From: Syncephalis fuscata S228
Taxonomy: Eukaryota > Fungi > Zoopagomycota
NCBI GenBank assembly: GCA_025786725.1
Contig: JAHLTZ010000016.1
Coordinates: forward strand, 124,001 to 188,000
DNA: 64,000 bases
Reading direction: 5' to 3'
The translations under genes and the position numbers were made by a program. Below the pieces are notes generated by a model. It had not been told where the DNA came from and searched no databases. It worked only from the letters and a program-made list of their open reading frames with translations. Below, one piece after another: positions 39,504 to 53,465 of the stretch (the stretch's first letter is position 1; every line of letters starts with the position of its first letter).

Positions 39504-41888
39504 ATGTCTGGTAGTGACGAGACCCAGAAGCTGACTGAACAGCTAAAGGCATCACTAAATGTGAACGCCAACTCATTTGTACCTAATGCAGGAGCTGCCT
39601 CATTTGTACCTAGTTGGATGAAACAAGATGCACCAGGTATATAGCAAAATAGCACTATAGATTGCGTTAGATGACTAATTAGAACAACCATAATAGCTGC
39701 TCATCCAGCGACACCAGCACCTACACCAGCCACACCAGTGGCTGACACGACTCCCGTCGAGGCTACACCAGCTGCCGAATCTAAGCCTGAAACACCCAAG
39801 CCAGCAGCAGCAGTAAAGACAGAGGCACCAAAAAAGGCTGCTGAACCAGCACCAGCTGTCGAAGAAGAAGAAGACGAAGAGTTCTCGGCCGAGATGTTCA
39901 AAGAACACATTAATGTTGTCTTTATTGGACACGTCGGTACGTAGTTATACACCTATGTTTATTTCTATCTAACCATAGTCATTATATAATCTATATCATT
40001 GTAACAGATGCCGGTAAATCGACTATGGGTGGCAACATTCTATACTTGACGGGTATGGTCGATAAACGTACAATGGAAAAGTATGAAAAAGAAGCACGCG
40101 AACTTAATCGCGAGTCCTGGTACTTGTCCTGGGCCTTGGATACTGGCACTGAAGAACGTAACAAAGGAAAGACCGTTGAATGTGGTCGTGCCTACTTTGA
40201 GACCGATAAACGACGATACACTATTCTAGATGCGCCAGGTCACAAGAACTACGTTCCTAGTATGATTGGTGGTGTCTCTCAAGCAGATCTAGCTATTCTA
40301 GTAAGTAATTCAGTTAATAATAGCCATAATATTTAATATTCAGTATAATATAGGTTATTTCGGCCCGTAAAGGTGAATTTGAAACAGGATTTGAACGAGG
40401 TGGTCAAACCCGTGAACATGCCGTATTGGCCAAGACCAATGGTGTCAATAAAATGGTTGTTGTTATTAATAAAATGGATGACTCAACGGTTGAATGGTCT
40501 AAAGAACGGTAAATATAATAATATAATATAATAATATAATAATAATATAAATACAATACTAATATATAATGTTTAGTTATGATGAATGTGTTACTAAATT
40601 AACACCTTTCCTTAAAGGCACTGGTTATAATCCAAAGACAGGTAAATATGATTATTAAATAATAATACATAATACATAATACATAATACATCATTTTAAT
40701 CAACTTTTTAGATTTGACATTTATGCCCATTTCTGGATTCAGTGGTGCTAATCTTAAGGAATCAGTTGATAAAACATTATGTCCATGGTATGAGTAAGTA
40801 TCAATTGACGATTAATCATTTATTATAAGTATTAATATCTATATATTTATAGAGGTCCTTCTCTATTGCAATTCCTTGATAATATGCAAATGCTTGAACG
40901 TAAAATGAATGCCCCATTAATGATGCCTATTACCGATAAATCAAAGGTAATATATATACATATATATATACATTAATATCTAATATATTATATAATAGGA
41001 AATGGGTACAACTATTGGTGGCAAGATTGAATCAGGCAATGTCAAGAAGGGCAAACGTGTCTTAATCATGCCTGGCAAGGTAATAAATATAGATATATAG
41101 ATAAATATAGATATAGATATAGATATAGATATAGATATATAGATAATTAATATACTTTTATACTTTTATATATATTTATATAATAGAAAGTAGCTGAAGT
41201 AGTAGGTATTCAAATAGAAGAAGAAGAAGTTGAAGCAGCAGTTTCTGGTGATAATGTCCGTCTTCGTCTACGTGGCGTTGAAGAAGAGGTAAGTCATCAT
41301 ACTAGTTGTATTAATACAATTACTAATTAACATATATATACATTACATATATATATATATATAATATAGGATATTTCTGCTGGTTTCATTCTATGTACAC
41401 CAAAACAACCGGCACATGTTGTTCGATCCTTTGAAGCTCAACTAGCTATTCTAGATCATAAGAATATCATTTGTGCTGGTTATGGAGCGGTAATGCATAT
41501 CCATACTGCGGTTGAAGAGATTACACTAGGGGTAAGTCAACATTAGTATACTACATCCACATTTAATAATATAATATAATATAATATAATATATATATAT
41601 ATAAACAATACATTATATAGGCTATACTCCATCTAGTGGATAAAAAGACGGGCCGTATATCAAAACGACCACCTCCATTTATTAAGAAGGGTCAAAAAGC
41701 CATTGTACGTATTGAGACCACATCACCATTATGTATTGAAACATTTGAGGAATATCCACAACTGGGTCGATTCACTCTACGCGATGAAGGTATGTAATCA
41801 ATCTAATCTATAATGTTTAATACTAATCAACAGTATAGGCAAAACGATAGCTATTGGTAAAGTGACCAAATTGGTCGATATTGAATAA
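39504..41888 (+). CDS. SUP35: Eukaryotic peptide chain release factor 3 (eRF3)
   Basis: 'KEHINVVFIGHV|DAGKST', 'GKTVECGRAYFET', 'LDAPGHKNYVPSMIGG', 'NKMDD', 'LGRFTLRDEGKTIAIGKV'. N-terminal PAM2 motifs. About 11 introns. Confidence 0.97.
41085..41145. repeat. (ATAGAT)n microsatellite in an eRF3 intron
   Basis: atatagatatatagataaatatagatatagatatagatatagatatagatatatagat. Confidence 0.85.
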
Positions 41889-41965
41889 GCAATCATTAAT
41901 AAAAGTTTGCTTTCCATTAACCATTTATATTATATTATTACTATTGATACTAAAACACATCGATA

Positions 41966-42663
41966 TTAATAAGGAGGGGGAGGGGGAGGATAAGTATTTG
42001 GTGTAGTTGAATGATTAAAGGTAGAATGAGATGACATCGCTGTATGATGTACCATATGAGGTGGTGGTGAAGCCATATTATACATTGGATGAGGATGATG
42101 ATGATGATGATTAGTAATAGTTGTTGTTGTTGTTGTTGGTGCACTAGTTATATTATTACTATTAGAGGTTATTGATGATGTGGATGGTATAGGCGATGTA
42201 AATAGAAATGAACCTGTATTGGGATGAGGTGAAGATGAAGTACTAGTAGATGGATTGGGTGGTACACCACGATGACCTGTCATACCACCACCACCACCAC
42301 CATTATTGTTACCACTTGTTACTAAAGATGGACCGGATAAATAGTTAGAGGGATGATTATAATAGTAAGAAGTAGGAGTTAGTGGTGGTGGATGTTGCAT
42401 TGTATAATGAGCATGGGCATGGGGATGTGGATGTTGATAAACAGAGGGTGAATACAAATGTTTCGTATTACTAGTACCACTCGTATTCGTGGGTGGTCGA
42501 TGAGTATACATGGAAGTCATAGGATTTAAATGACTATGATGTGGGACAGTTGTAGGTGTTGTAGTAGATGTAGAAGTGGATGTATCGTAGTGGATTGTGT
42601 TATAATAGGTGGTGGTATAGTAGTTCGATGAATGGATGGATGGGTTACATAATGAGTGGGTCG

Positions 42664-42703
<40 letters not shown>

Positions 42704-44654
42704 AATGATCTATTCATCGTATTTGGAGTAGAGGAATAATAATGAATAGCTTGTTGTTGTTGTTGTGTAGTTATAAATCGATCATCTCTATTCATCAATC
42801 TATGATTGGTAGGTTCTGGTTCATCTTCATCTTCATCTATAAGTGAAGACATTTGATCATGTTCATTCTCATTATTCAATAGTGAATTGATATTCGATAT
42901 ACCTCTTGAGGGTCTAGATGGTATCGATGGATTGTTGTTGTTGTTGTTATGATTATTAAATGAATGAGTTGTATTTAATATCGGTTCATGAGGTATAGAA
43001 GGTGTAATCATGGGATAGTGACCAGTATTGGGAGTAGAAGGCGTATTAGGTGTCATGGTAGTCGGGGTGGTGGGCACAGTAGTTGTGGTATTACTTAGAG
43101 GAAAGTAACCCGAACGAGGACCTGTAAATCCAGTTATATCATTGCCACTTGTATCATTATTATTGTTATTATTGTTATTACTCGTGGTAAGAGGGGTTGA
43201 TTTAGAATAGAGTGGGGTATCCATATCATGTTCTCCACTAGAATTACTAGGATTACTATTATACGATTGTCCTTGTGTGGGCAGTGTTTCTAAATCAAGT
43301 CTTTCGGCATGGGTTTGATAGTAATTACGCACTTGAATCAATGTTTTGGTCTTTAAAGCCCGTGAAATATTGGCAAAATCCCTTCCATACATCATATATA
43401 ATCGAATAAAGTTACTCTTTTCTGCCACTGACCAATACGATGAATAGGAAGGTTTACGACTACCACCCGTGGAAGTGGACATGTCGGGTGATTGAATAGG
43501 TGAGGCAGAAGTACTAAGATGTTGTGGTGGTGGTGGTTGAGTACTTGGTTGTCTACCCCGTCGCTTCTTTCTAATACCACTTAAGGGTATTTCATCATCT
43601 ATACCTAAATGATTAGATTCACTTAATGTTGAATGACTAGGCGATAATAATGGACGGGTCATTAATGAATGAGCTAGTGAAGGTGATGCACTGTTACTGT
43701 TACTATGACTATGACTATGACTATAATTGATAGGTGGTGGGGGTAGTGTATTGGATACCGCCAATTGAGCCAATACTTGTGCTCCTGCTACATCATCCAT
43801 CATCATCATTTGAGTGGATGATCCATTAAATGAAGTCATTATATTAACTCGTCTATCCTCTTCTATTGGCCCTTCTACCCTATGTTTCTCTTCTACTAGG
43901 GCATCATTACTATCTTCTATAAGAATAGTATTTGTTGCATCTATAGAACGTACACGTTTACCAGATCGACGTTTAGTCTCTGAAGTGAATGGTGTTCTAT
44001 CCTCTTCTATAAGACTACTGGCTGCAGCTACTGCAGCTAATGCGGCCATAGGATCTTGCATGGTATGCGATAATGATGGATCATCGCTATGATGGTGTTG
44101 TTGTTGTTCAATAGATGGTGACTGATCTTATGGTGAGATAAAAGGTGTTACTACTTCTCGTTCATAATAACCAGCCATCATTTCAGGTAGAATATCTGGC
44201 GATATCTCTGCTAATACTTCAGATGCAGCTGATGATATGCCACTATGAAGTAATCGATTGGCTACTTGTAGGGTAGTAACTGATGCGTGTTGGGCACGAC
44301 CTCTACTACCACGACCTCTACCTCTACCACGGTACGATGGTTGATCAGATGGACCTGACTTTTTATAGAAGCGTTGACGACCTAGTTTATTGGCTGTAGA
44401 TGTAGATGTAGATGTCGTTAATGGTGGTGGTGGTGGTGTTTTGTTACTAATCGCCAATTCAGCTACGGTAACTAATTTTGTTTCTATATCATTCAAATCT
44501 TTTCTTATTTCACCTTGTAGGTTATTTTGTCCAATTAGACCTTCTTCTTCTTCATCTTCATTTATAAAACCTATATTTAGTTAGTACATATTAATCTACA
44601 AATACTAATAAACTTACCATCTTCATTTAATGGTCCTAATTCACCTTCCTCTGT

Positions 44655-44687
<33 letters not shown>

Positions 44688-47600
44688 GTTCTCTATCATT
44701 CACCAACCCCGTCATCATCCTCTTCATCGCCCATATTATTGAGTAGTGGATCATTATTACCTATAACAGAAGGTAATTTACCAGATCGTTTAAGTAGAGC
44801 ATAGCCTTCAGAGGCAGCCACACCATGTTTACGTCTATAATTATGGTAATAATTACGACATTGTCCCTCTGTCTTGGTACCAACTAATCTTGCCACTGCT
44901 TCAAAGTCTCTTCCATGTCTTTGATAGCTTTAAGGGCATTTAATCGATCATCTTCTGTCCAACGAGCGGTTAATCGTGTATTACTAGAACGATCTAGACT
45001 AGTGTCATATGGATGTCCATCATCTTCATCTTCATCTTCATCTTCATCTTCAAGTCCATCTAAATCATGGTCATTATGACCATCATCATCATCATCATCA
45101 TCATCAGGATAACCGTCTAATAGTCCTCTGGTATGTATATCTAATATAATAGTTAATATGCGTATTGATAATATAATTGTACTCTACTTACCGTGTGATA
45201 TGGCATCATTAGTCGTTAATTGAGATGTTAATGTAGATGACGTCATTATTGAATGGGTTGATACATCTGATGTGATTTGTTTCGTTATTTCATTTGAATA
45301 AGCTTTAGACTTTTCTATAGTTGATTCATTGATATTACGGCTATTTGGATAGTCAATTCTTGCTTCTTTATCTATTTCATCTCGTACTTGTCCCTCTTCC
45401 TCTTCCTCTTCCTCCTCTTCCTCCTCTTCTTCTTCTTCCTCTTGTCCTAATGATCTAGAAGTAGATACCGTAACAGATAGTGGTACTGGTGAATCTAATG
45501 ATGGATGAGTATCCGATGATAGTGATTTAGTTGTCAATGTCTTCTCCAAATGAGTTGTTGACTGACGTGTCGTTTTAGTCTTTACTTGTTTACGAATACG
45601 TGAACGACTTGATCGAGTTAATGGACGTTCATCGGCTGCGGCAATCGCTAGAGCATAGGCTTCATCATCTTCAACGGTAGCGGTACTGGTTTCAGTCGTA
45701 TTAGTAATAGCGACAGTGGATACTATTTCTGTATATCAGGTTCCGGTTCAGGTTCCGGTTCCTTACGTCGTCCTTTCTTTTTATTCGTTGCCTCTTTAAT
45801 GTTATCTAATAAAGCGCTGCCTCTACTCTTGCCTTTACGTTTATTAGTGCCGATGTTGTATCGGATTGATTTGTTGCATTACTGTTACTACTATTGGCAG
45901 TGGCACCTTTTCTGCCTTTACCGCCTTTACGTCGTTTGGCTGCTTCTTTACGGGCCAGTAGTGCTTTAAAGTTAATACGCTTCTTATTGCGATAATAGTA
46001 TAAAACACATTGTTCAGACGTCTTTTCTGGTACCATAGTGGCAATCTTGCCAAATTGCTTTGGATATTGTAGATAAGCTTCTTTAAAGAGCGCTTCTTCT
46101 TCGCCCGTCCAATGATCCACTTCCAATGGTTTATGTGCGCCAGGAGGCGGTATACAGTGATAATACAGTGGTGGTGTCTCTACAAGCCCATTACGGTTAC
46201 GGTAACACATCGAACTGGCATATTTATCGCCAATTGGATCAAGGATCATATTCGAGATGGTGGCAGCTGTACGTTGGGCCCGGTTATCAGGATCACGTTC
46301 CTCGGCCGTTTGTAGTAATTGTAGAATTTCTAGAAACTCGGCTTCACTACGGGCTGCATCTGGATTATGAAAGGTACGTCTTGAATGAGGTCGACCGGTA
46401 ACATAAGAGAATTCATCAAATCCATCACCAGCCATAGAGTTGGGTGTATCATCGCGTAGACCGCTACTTTGATGGCCATGAATACGATCCAACTTCTCTA
46501 CTCTAATCTGCCATCGTTTCCATATAGCTCGATATTCACGTTTAAGTTGATCAACCTTTTTGGTGACTGCTGATTTACGCATAGCAATTGCCCGTATCAT
46601 GGCGGGTTCAAGTTGTTCATAAACTCTAATATTACGTTTAACACAACTCAAACTATTCAGATCCTGTGCTTTGTAGATAGGCATAGGATAGGGTAGCTTA
46701 TCAAATTGTGTTTTACATAACGCGGCACGTCGTTGATTTGCTGTATAGATGTTGTATACTACTTGTTCTACATCGTGCCATAAACTGGCGGTAGTGACGC
46801 GTCGTTCACTTGTGCACACTTCAGTTGGCTTAGTAGATTTGACCGGACTTTTAGGATGATCTGTAATGACGAGTGGTGTTGATAAATCGTGTAATTTTTG
46901 ACGTACTATAACAAGTTTTGATTCACAATCGGCTATTTGTGTGTCTAATTCATCCATTCTTACAAATATTTCCTCTCTAGTCAAGGATGTATTTGATGTA
47001 CTACCGATAGACAGAATAGCCGAATTAGATGGTCGATGTGGTGTACCAGGAAGAGATGTAGCTAATACTGTCATTTGAGGACTGGATACTAATGGATCTG
47101 TTATATTGGTGGTGGATGCTATCGTTGAGTCTGTCCATAGTGCATCGAGAGGTATCGATGCAGTCGTAGTTGGTACATTATCTAATTCAGATGCTTCACT
47201 AGTTGGTGAATAATTGATATTAGATGATATAGCCATCTCTGAACTGGTTTCAATCTTTGTTATATCAGCTATTTTAGTGTCTAATGCCAATGTCGATGAT
47301 TCTTTAAATAGTAAACTATCTGTAGCATCTGTTGTTGTTACAGGCAGTTGACCTGGTTCCACGTCTTGTACTTGTCCATCTTCATTATCAGGTTCACTAT
47401 TTACTTTGTGGTCTTCACTTTCATTAGAGTAGGAACGGGATAATGAACGAGAAGATTGATTATAAGAACGATATAGTTTATCGTCACCATCTATTAATTA
47501 ATGTTAGTATATTTAATAAATATATCTATTAACAGTTACCATTAAATCGACGCTGTGATTGTGAATAATACTGTGATTGTGATCCCATCGTATTATAATT

Positions 47601-49907
47601 ACTATTCGTGTTATTAAATGTCGATATTGAAGTACTGGATGATGTTAATGGACGAGATCGATCATCTTTCCATCCTGTAATTCGATCTTCATCATAATTG
47701 GTACTATTGGTAGATGGTCGATCGTATGGACTATTAGGTGGATAGTAGCTGGTATTGTTATTGTTATTGTTATTGTTATTGTTATAAGTACGCCATTTAG
47801 AAGAACGCCATTCATTGTTACTATTACCACTAATAGTGCGTCGTTCTTCACTATTATGATCTTCACCATCTGATTCAATATCTGATCGAGCTTTTCTTCT
47901 TGGATCTGAATAGTTTGTATCATAATCAAATTCATTATAAGCATCATCTCGATTACTAATACTGCTGTTGCTGTTACGGTCTTGTCTCCATCGATCATGA
48001 CCGGATAAATGGATTCCTCGATAATTACGATCAGATCCACGATATCTAATAATAATAATAACAATAATGGTTATTCATTTAATTATACTATAAATAATAG
48101 TTAATTACCGGCCGCGACCACGACCTCGATATCCAGAATAGTTACGTGGATCGCTGGAATAAGAACGACGTTGCATAGGTAATGGTATCATATTATTGCC
48201 ACTATTATTATTGGTTGCCGTATTTGTAGGTCCAGTTGAAGATGTAGATGTAGAAATAGCCATGGATCGTTGAAATGATCCTGAATTACCACTAGAGGAC
48301 TGTGTTGCAAATAAACCACTATTATAATGAGTATTATTACTAGTAATGTTGTTGTTGTTATTATTTGGAAATCGAGATACAGTAGGTGATCCTACAGGAC
48401 TTGTATCAAATCGTCTTGAATTCTAATTTATATTAATATTTGACTATAGTATATATATATATATACATATATTACTTACTCGATAATAATCATTATTCCC
48501 ATTATTGCCACCACTATTATTGCTATTACTATTGTTATTATCGTTAAAACGACGAGGGTTATCCTATTTGTTATAACATTAGGTATTAGTATATTAGTAC
48601 TATTGATATTATTGGTATTATCAAATACTTACTGGTATAAATCGTCCACGGCCTGTATTCATCATAAAATTAGAGTCTCTATCCCGTTCACCATTATTGC
48701 TCGTATCTCTGTCAGAAGAGAATGTATTGTAACGTGATCGCTATTCATATCGATTAATATTTCATATACATATCATTGCTATCTTGTATAACTTACATTA
48801 CGATCACGATCATTAAATTCTGAACCAGAAGGTGGTGGAGAATAGTAATTATCATATCGAGATCGAGAAAAGTTATTTGGATTTCTATCAATATTAATTG
48901 GTGTCATGGACGGTGAAGCAGAGGAGGAAAGCCGATCACGTGACATCTAGATAAGTGTGGATTGATAGATAAAAGAAAAAGATAAAAAGTTAAATATTTT
49001 ATAATTACGTAATAATACACTGTTACTACTTACCCGATCAACATCCCGTTCTCTATTATTCCAATCTCGTTCCCGATTCCATCCACGATCGCGTGGTCGA
49101 TTGGTATCTCGTGAACGTTCCCAGTCAATATTACGTTCTCGATATCGATTATCTCGATCTCGTGGGTCATCATTGTAATTGTCATAGCGATCTCGATGTA
49201 GCTATATTATATCATATATTACATCAGTATTTAATGTTCTGTCTATTACAAGATACTGCTTACTGCTGTATGGCTATTTGGGCCATCATTTAGTTGTCCA
49301 GGCTCTTCTTCATCACTATATCATTTATCAACCATCAATGATATATGGTTAGTATTCACTATTATTACTATTGCTGCTATTAATAACTTACCGAACAGAG
49401 TAACGATCCGTACGTCTTTTAATATCAATATCGATATTATATATCCATTATTAATTAGTCTATTTGTCATCTGTATTATCTAATTACATACCGATCACGT
49501 GATGTTTGCATATAAGTAACCGAATTATTGGCCAATAATTGTTGTGATGGTGGCGATCCTGCATTATTATTATGGTTATTGTGATATGTACTGTGGATCG
49601 TGTTGTTGTTAGAGGTGCCTTCAGTGTTGGTCGTGCTGGTTAAGCCAAATGCTGATGAAGTGCCTAGACCAGATCGATTGGTAGTACCGGCAAACGCATT
49701 GGCCGATATGGCATGCATGTTATTCGAGGCAGGACTGCCAGCACTGCCTTCTCCTCCGCGTTCGCTACTGTTACTATGGCTGTTGTTGTTGTTGTTGCGC
49801 CCCAGTGAGTAGCTATATGAAGAATGAGACGACGATAAAGACGATGAGTGCTTGATTGCGTCTGAGGCCACAAGTGGCCGCGATGAAGATGATGAAAAAG
49901 GTAGCAT
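41966..49907 (-). CDS. Large SANT/Myb-domain corepressor, Snt1/N-CoR-like
   Basis: Coiled coil 'TREEIFVRMDELDTQIADCESKL', 'DAARSEAEFLEIL', SANT1 'WTGEEEALFKEAYLQYPKQFGKIA...CVLYYYRNKK', SANT2 '..GRDFEAVARLVGTKTEGQCRNYY', SANT3 'WSVAEKSNFIRLYMMYGRDFANIS...QVRNYY'. RD/RS-rich N-terminus, poly-Q/N/D/E tracts, many introns and several frameshifts. Confidence 0.8.
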
Positions 49908-50752
49908 ATTTTACAGTTGCCAAGATCTGTAAGCGACACTCAGCCAAGAGGGAGCAGCGTCAAAGAGACGAACAAGAGGATCGCTCCAGATCGTTTCTTG
50001 CCCGTTGTTGGTCGTCTACCTCAAGGGAGAAAAAGGTAGAGCGTAAGGAATCTCGACTAGTTAATACACAAGCAAACACCCGAATTGGAGCGTTAAGAAG
50101 AAAGAAAAGGAAATGGTAATCAATACAATACAATAAGGCCGAGCAGAAAGCGATCGTTTCTACAACTGCCACTATAATAAGATGGCGAGCAATAGACAGG
50201 CTTGATTGCCGTTACAGTTACTCGATTGTCACGGCTAAAAAGCGATCGTTCGTTACGGGGAATGCAAAGGATCACAAAGTGTTCGCCTGCGTTCACTCAC
50301 AAGGATGTATTATAGATCTTTGAAGTATAGACCGTACCACTTTAAAAATGACCGTTGTTGGTGTTATTGCTGTTGTTATTGTTATCGTGTTATTGGTGTT
50401 ATGCGTAGTGTGTAGAAGGAAACGAAAAGAATTCAAGGATTCCTTTTAAACGATGGTTAAAAGTGAATTGTGTGAGTGTGAGTGTGTGGAAGGAAGAAAG
50501 AGACTTTGTTAATTATTAAAATATGTTGTAATAAACACTCGTTTCTTCTCTATTGCTGAGTCAATTGGTGATAAAAATGGAAATTGATCAAATTTGACGA
50601 ATCATTTCAAGATTACATTACCGCTACAAATGCAATACTTTTTACAGTGAGTTTGCCATATGTTTTTAATACTTTACATACATTTGATTATTATTAGTTA
50701 ATTATTAAGCACAATAAAGGAGTATGTTTATTATAAATGTGTGCAGTTATAG

Positions 50753-52300
50753 TTATACTAAATGCTTGATATAAATTGGTTTCTTTTTCGATCTGGCCAA
50801 CAAAGACGCTGGATAATTTGGAGCCAGAATAATGACTTTTACAGATTTATTCAAAGCTAGTGAAGATGTTGTTTTAATAGTGCCTGGACACTTATTTTCT
50901 TTGCCATTTTTATTTTGTTGTTTAGTAAGGCATCTTGATAAACTGTAAATACAGCCAGTGTATACGCCAATAAGCCAGCTCTTTTTAGATAATTTGTCAA
51001 TAAATTGACATAAAGATCCAAGGCTGGAATACAAATAGTTGAAAATGGACAATTGATTAGGCGAATTAAAATTTTATTTAGTGCATTTAATACGTTTGAC
51101 GTATTAAACTTATGAATGACAATCAACTTTTGCTGTATATGTTGATGATGGCTTTGCTTTTTATAGATCGGGTCCATATTATACGCCCTTTTTCAAAACT
51201 ATCAATTGGCAGTAGTTTGTTTTAATTTTAGCATTGAATAAGGATTGCAACGAATTGTTTGTTGGAAACTTTTTTAGTGCAAAAAAATGAAAGCAAAGTG
51301 TTATATTTACCATCTTTGACATTATCTTTTTACACTGGGATTGGTCGCTTTGGGAGTCAAATAGTTTCCATTAAATGTTGTGGTTGATTTTCGCTATTAA
51401 TAACATGCGATGTTTGATCTACATTGGGTACAAAAGCTGCATCAGTTTCTGCAGATTTAAATATTATTTTTCATGTTAAAAATTGGCATTGGTTATGGGA
51501 AGCAAACTAGATACAAGCGTATGAATGCTCTCTACTTAATATTGGGCCTTTCATCCATCAACATTTATCTAAATCAAATAAGTCATATTGTTGATGTGAA
51601 TTTCGTTTATATGTTGATTGTAAAAGCAGCCAGCTATTATAGTTATCAACCAAGCAAGGACGTCATGTTTTTTCTTTTCTTCTTTGTCTTGAAAATAAAT
51701 TATATTTGGAGGCAAACAGTCAGCATTACGCCATTTTCCTGTCTAGCTAAATATGAAGCGACCAATGTAGTAGTGGAGTACTCATTCTTTAATGCAATCT
51801 GCTTTCATATTAGCCAAATTTACTATTGTTAATAGTATTAATAAATAATCGATATAGTAGTTAGTATTGGCAAGTATTAGTTACCTATTGGATTGCCAAT
51901 GAATACAGGCTTTACGTTGTCATATGTACGTATAGTGATGAAGGCCACAATATATTGATGTATTGCATGTATAGAGATCAGCTTGATTTTGCTATTAAAT
52001 AAAGCCAAAAAAGCAGTCAGCTCTTTCCATGTAAATCCTTTTTTGTCGTTTTCATTTTTTTTTGTTAAAAAAGCTACTTTCAATTAATCACGTCTTGATC
52101 CTATGTTCCACACCAATGATTACCAAGAGTTCACGTCAGCAAGACCCAGTTGAATGTGCTCATCGGCCGGCAATCAATATGTTCGCTTTTTGAAGCAACC
52201 AACCATAAATTTGAGCTCTGTCTGTCGACATCAGTCATATGCGTAAGACCATTGAATGGGGTTAAAACTAAAGACAATGATAAACGTTGATAAACAGCTT
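50753..52300 (-). pseudogene. Heavily decayed coding relic, possibly protein-kinase-like
   Basis: Fragmented ORFs with stops and one intron-like break (~51830-51885). 'GKWRNADCLPPNIIYF' (~51700-51740) loosely resembles a kinase catalytic loop HxDxxPxNI. Confidence 0.25.
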
Positions 52301-53256
52301 AGACTTATTAGTGTTGTTATTAATGGTTGTTGATGGTGAACGTTTTGTTTTTTTATTTACACCAATGTAGATTTTTTTAATCCTAATATAACACTACCGT
52401 GCCAATTATATCATATAAACCATTATTGTTTTTTTAATCGCCTAAACGTAATGCTCGTCTATATTGACGTTCCCAATAATCAGACTGGTTAACTATTGTT
52501 CGATAACCGATCGACAGCTAGTAGCAAAAAGGACTAGTTCGTGACATTTAATAAATCAACACAAATACAATAAAATACCACGATTTTTCCAAAAGTGTTA
52601 TTATGCGCATTTAAAGCCATAATTGGCTAGAAATATCAGTGCTAAACATTTTATGTGATAGACAGAATAGATGGTATTGAGTGTGAGTGGAAAGAAAAGT
52701 GCATGCATAAATTTGATCTACTTTATTTCATTTAAAGTAGGTGATGGTTACACACGGTTACACAGGTCTACTAGTGAACGAATATTACTATTATTTGTTT
52801 ATGCTTAAATATACATTGAAATTAAATAAAGTCACAGCAAGTTGGCTGTAAAAACTACTGTCTTGCGTTGTCACTGTTTATAGATCTTAAAATATACACT
52901 ATCTTTATACTTGTATCACAGATAGCGCGCCTCAATATAAATACATGTATTATTATCTATATTTTACTGAGCTGTTAATATTCGCTATACTATTACCTTA
53001 AGCTTATTTTATTTAATCATTGGCACTAAAAACTAAAACTATTTAATAAGTAACCGATTGCTAAAAAATAGCGACTTAAGTGACCAAGCAATACCTTATT
53101 GTGGTATTATCTTATAGCGTTAGTTTCTGATTCTTACTAACCTTTAGATCGACGCTCAAAATAAAATGTGTTGGCTGGTTGATAATTGCTTTTTAACAAA
53201 CTAAATAACTTGCGTAGTGATAATTAGAAATAAAATAAAACTAAAAACCAAATTAC

Positions 53257-53392
53257 TTTGTTATTTACAATAAATATAACCATTGCAAAAATGTAATTTA
53301 TCATTTCTGATAGCTGTTTTTAACAAAATACGTTATTTTTATTTATAATATCATGAAATGACGATAAAGCGCTATTTTATAAATTTAGACGT
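53257..53392. repeat. ~135-bp inverted repeat, left copy (pairs with 58423-58557)
   Basis: tttgttatttacaataaatataaccattgcaaaaatgtaatttatcatttctgatagctg...aaatttagacgt is the reverse complement of 58423-58557 with few mismatches. Confidence 0.9.
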
Positions 53393-53465
53393 AAAATATT
53401 ACGCTAATGTTATAAAGTATTCTAATAGTAATAATTCACTTAATAAAACATTTATAATAATATGC

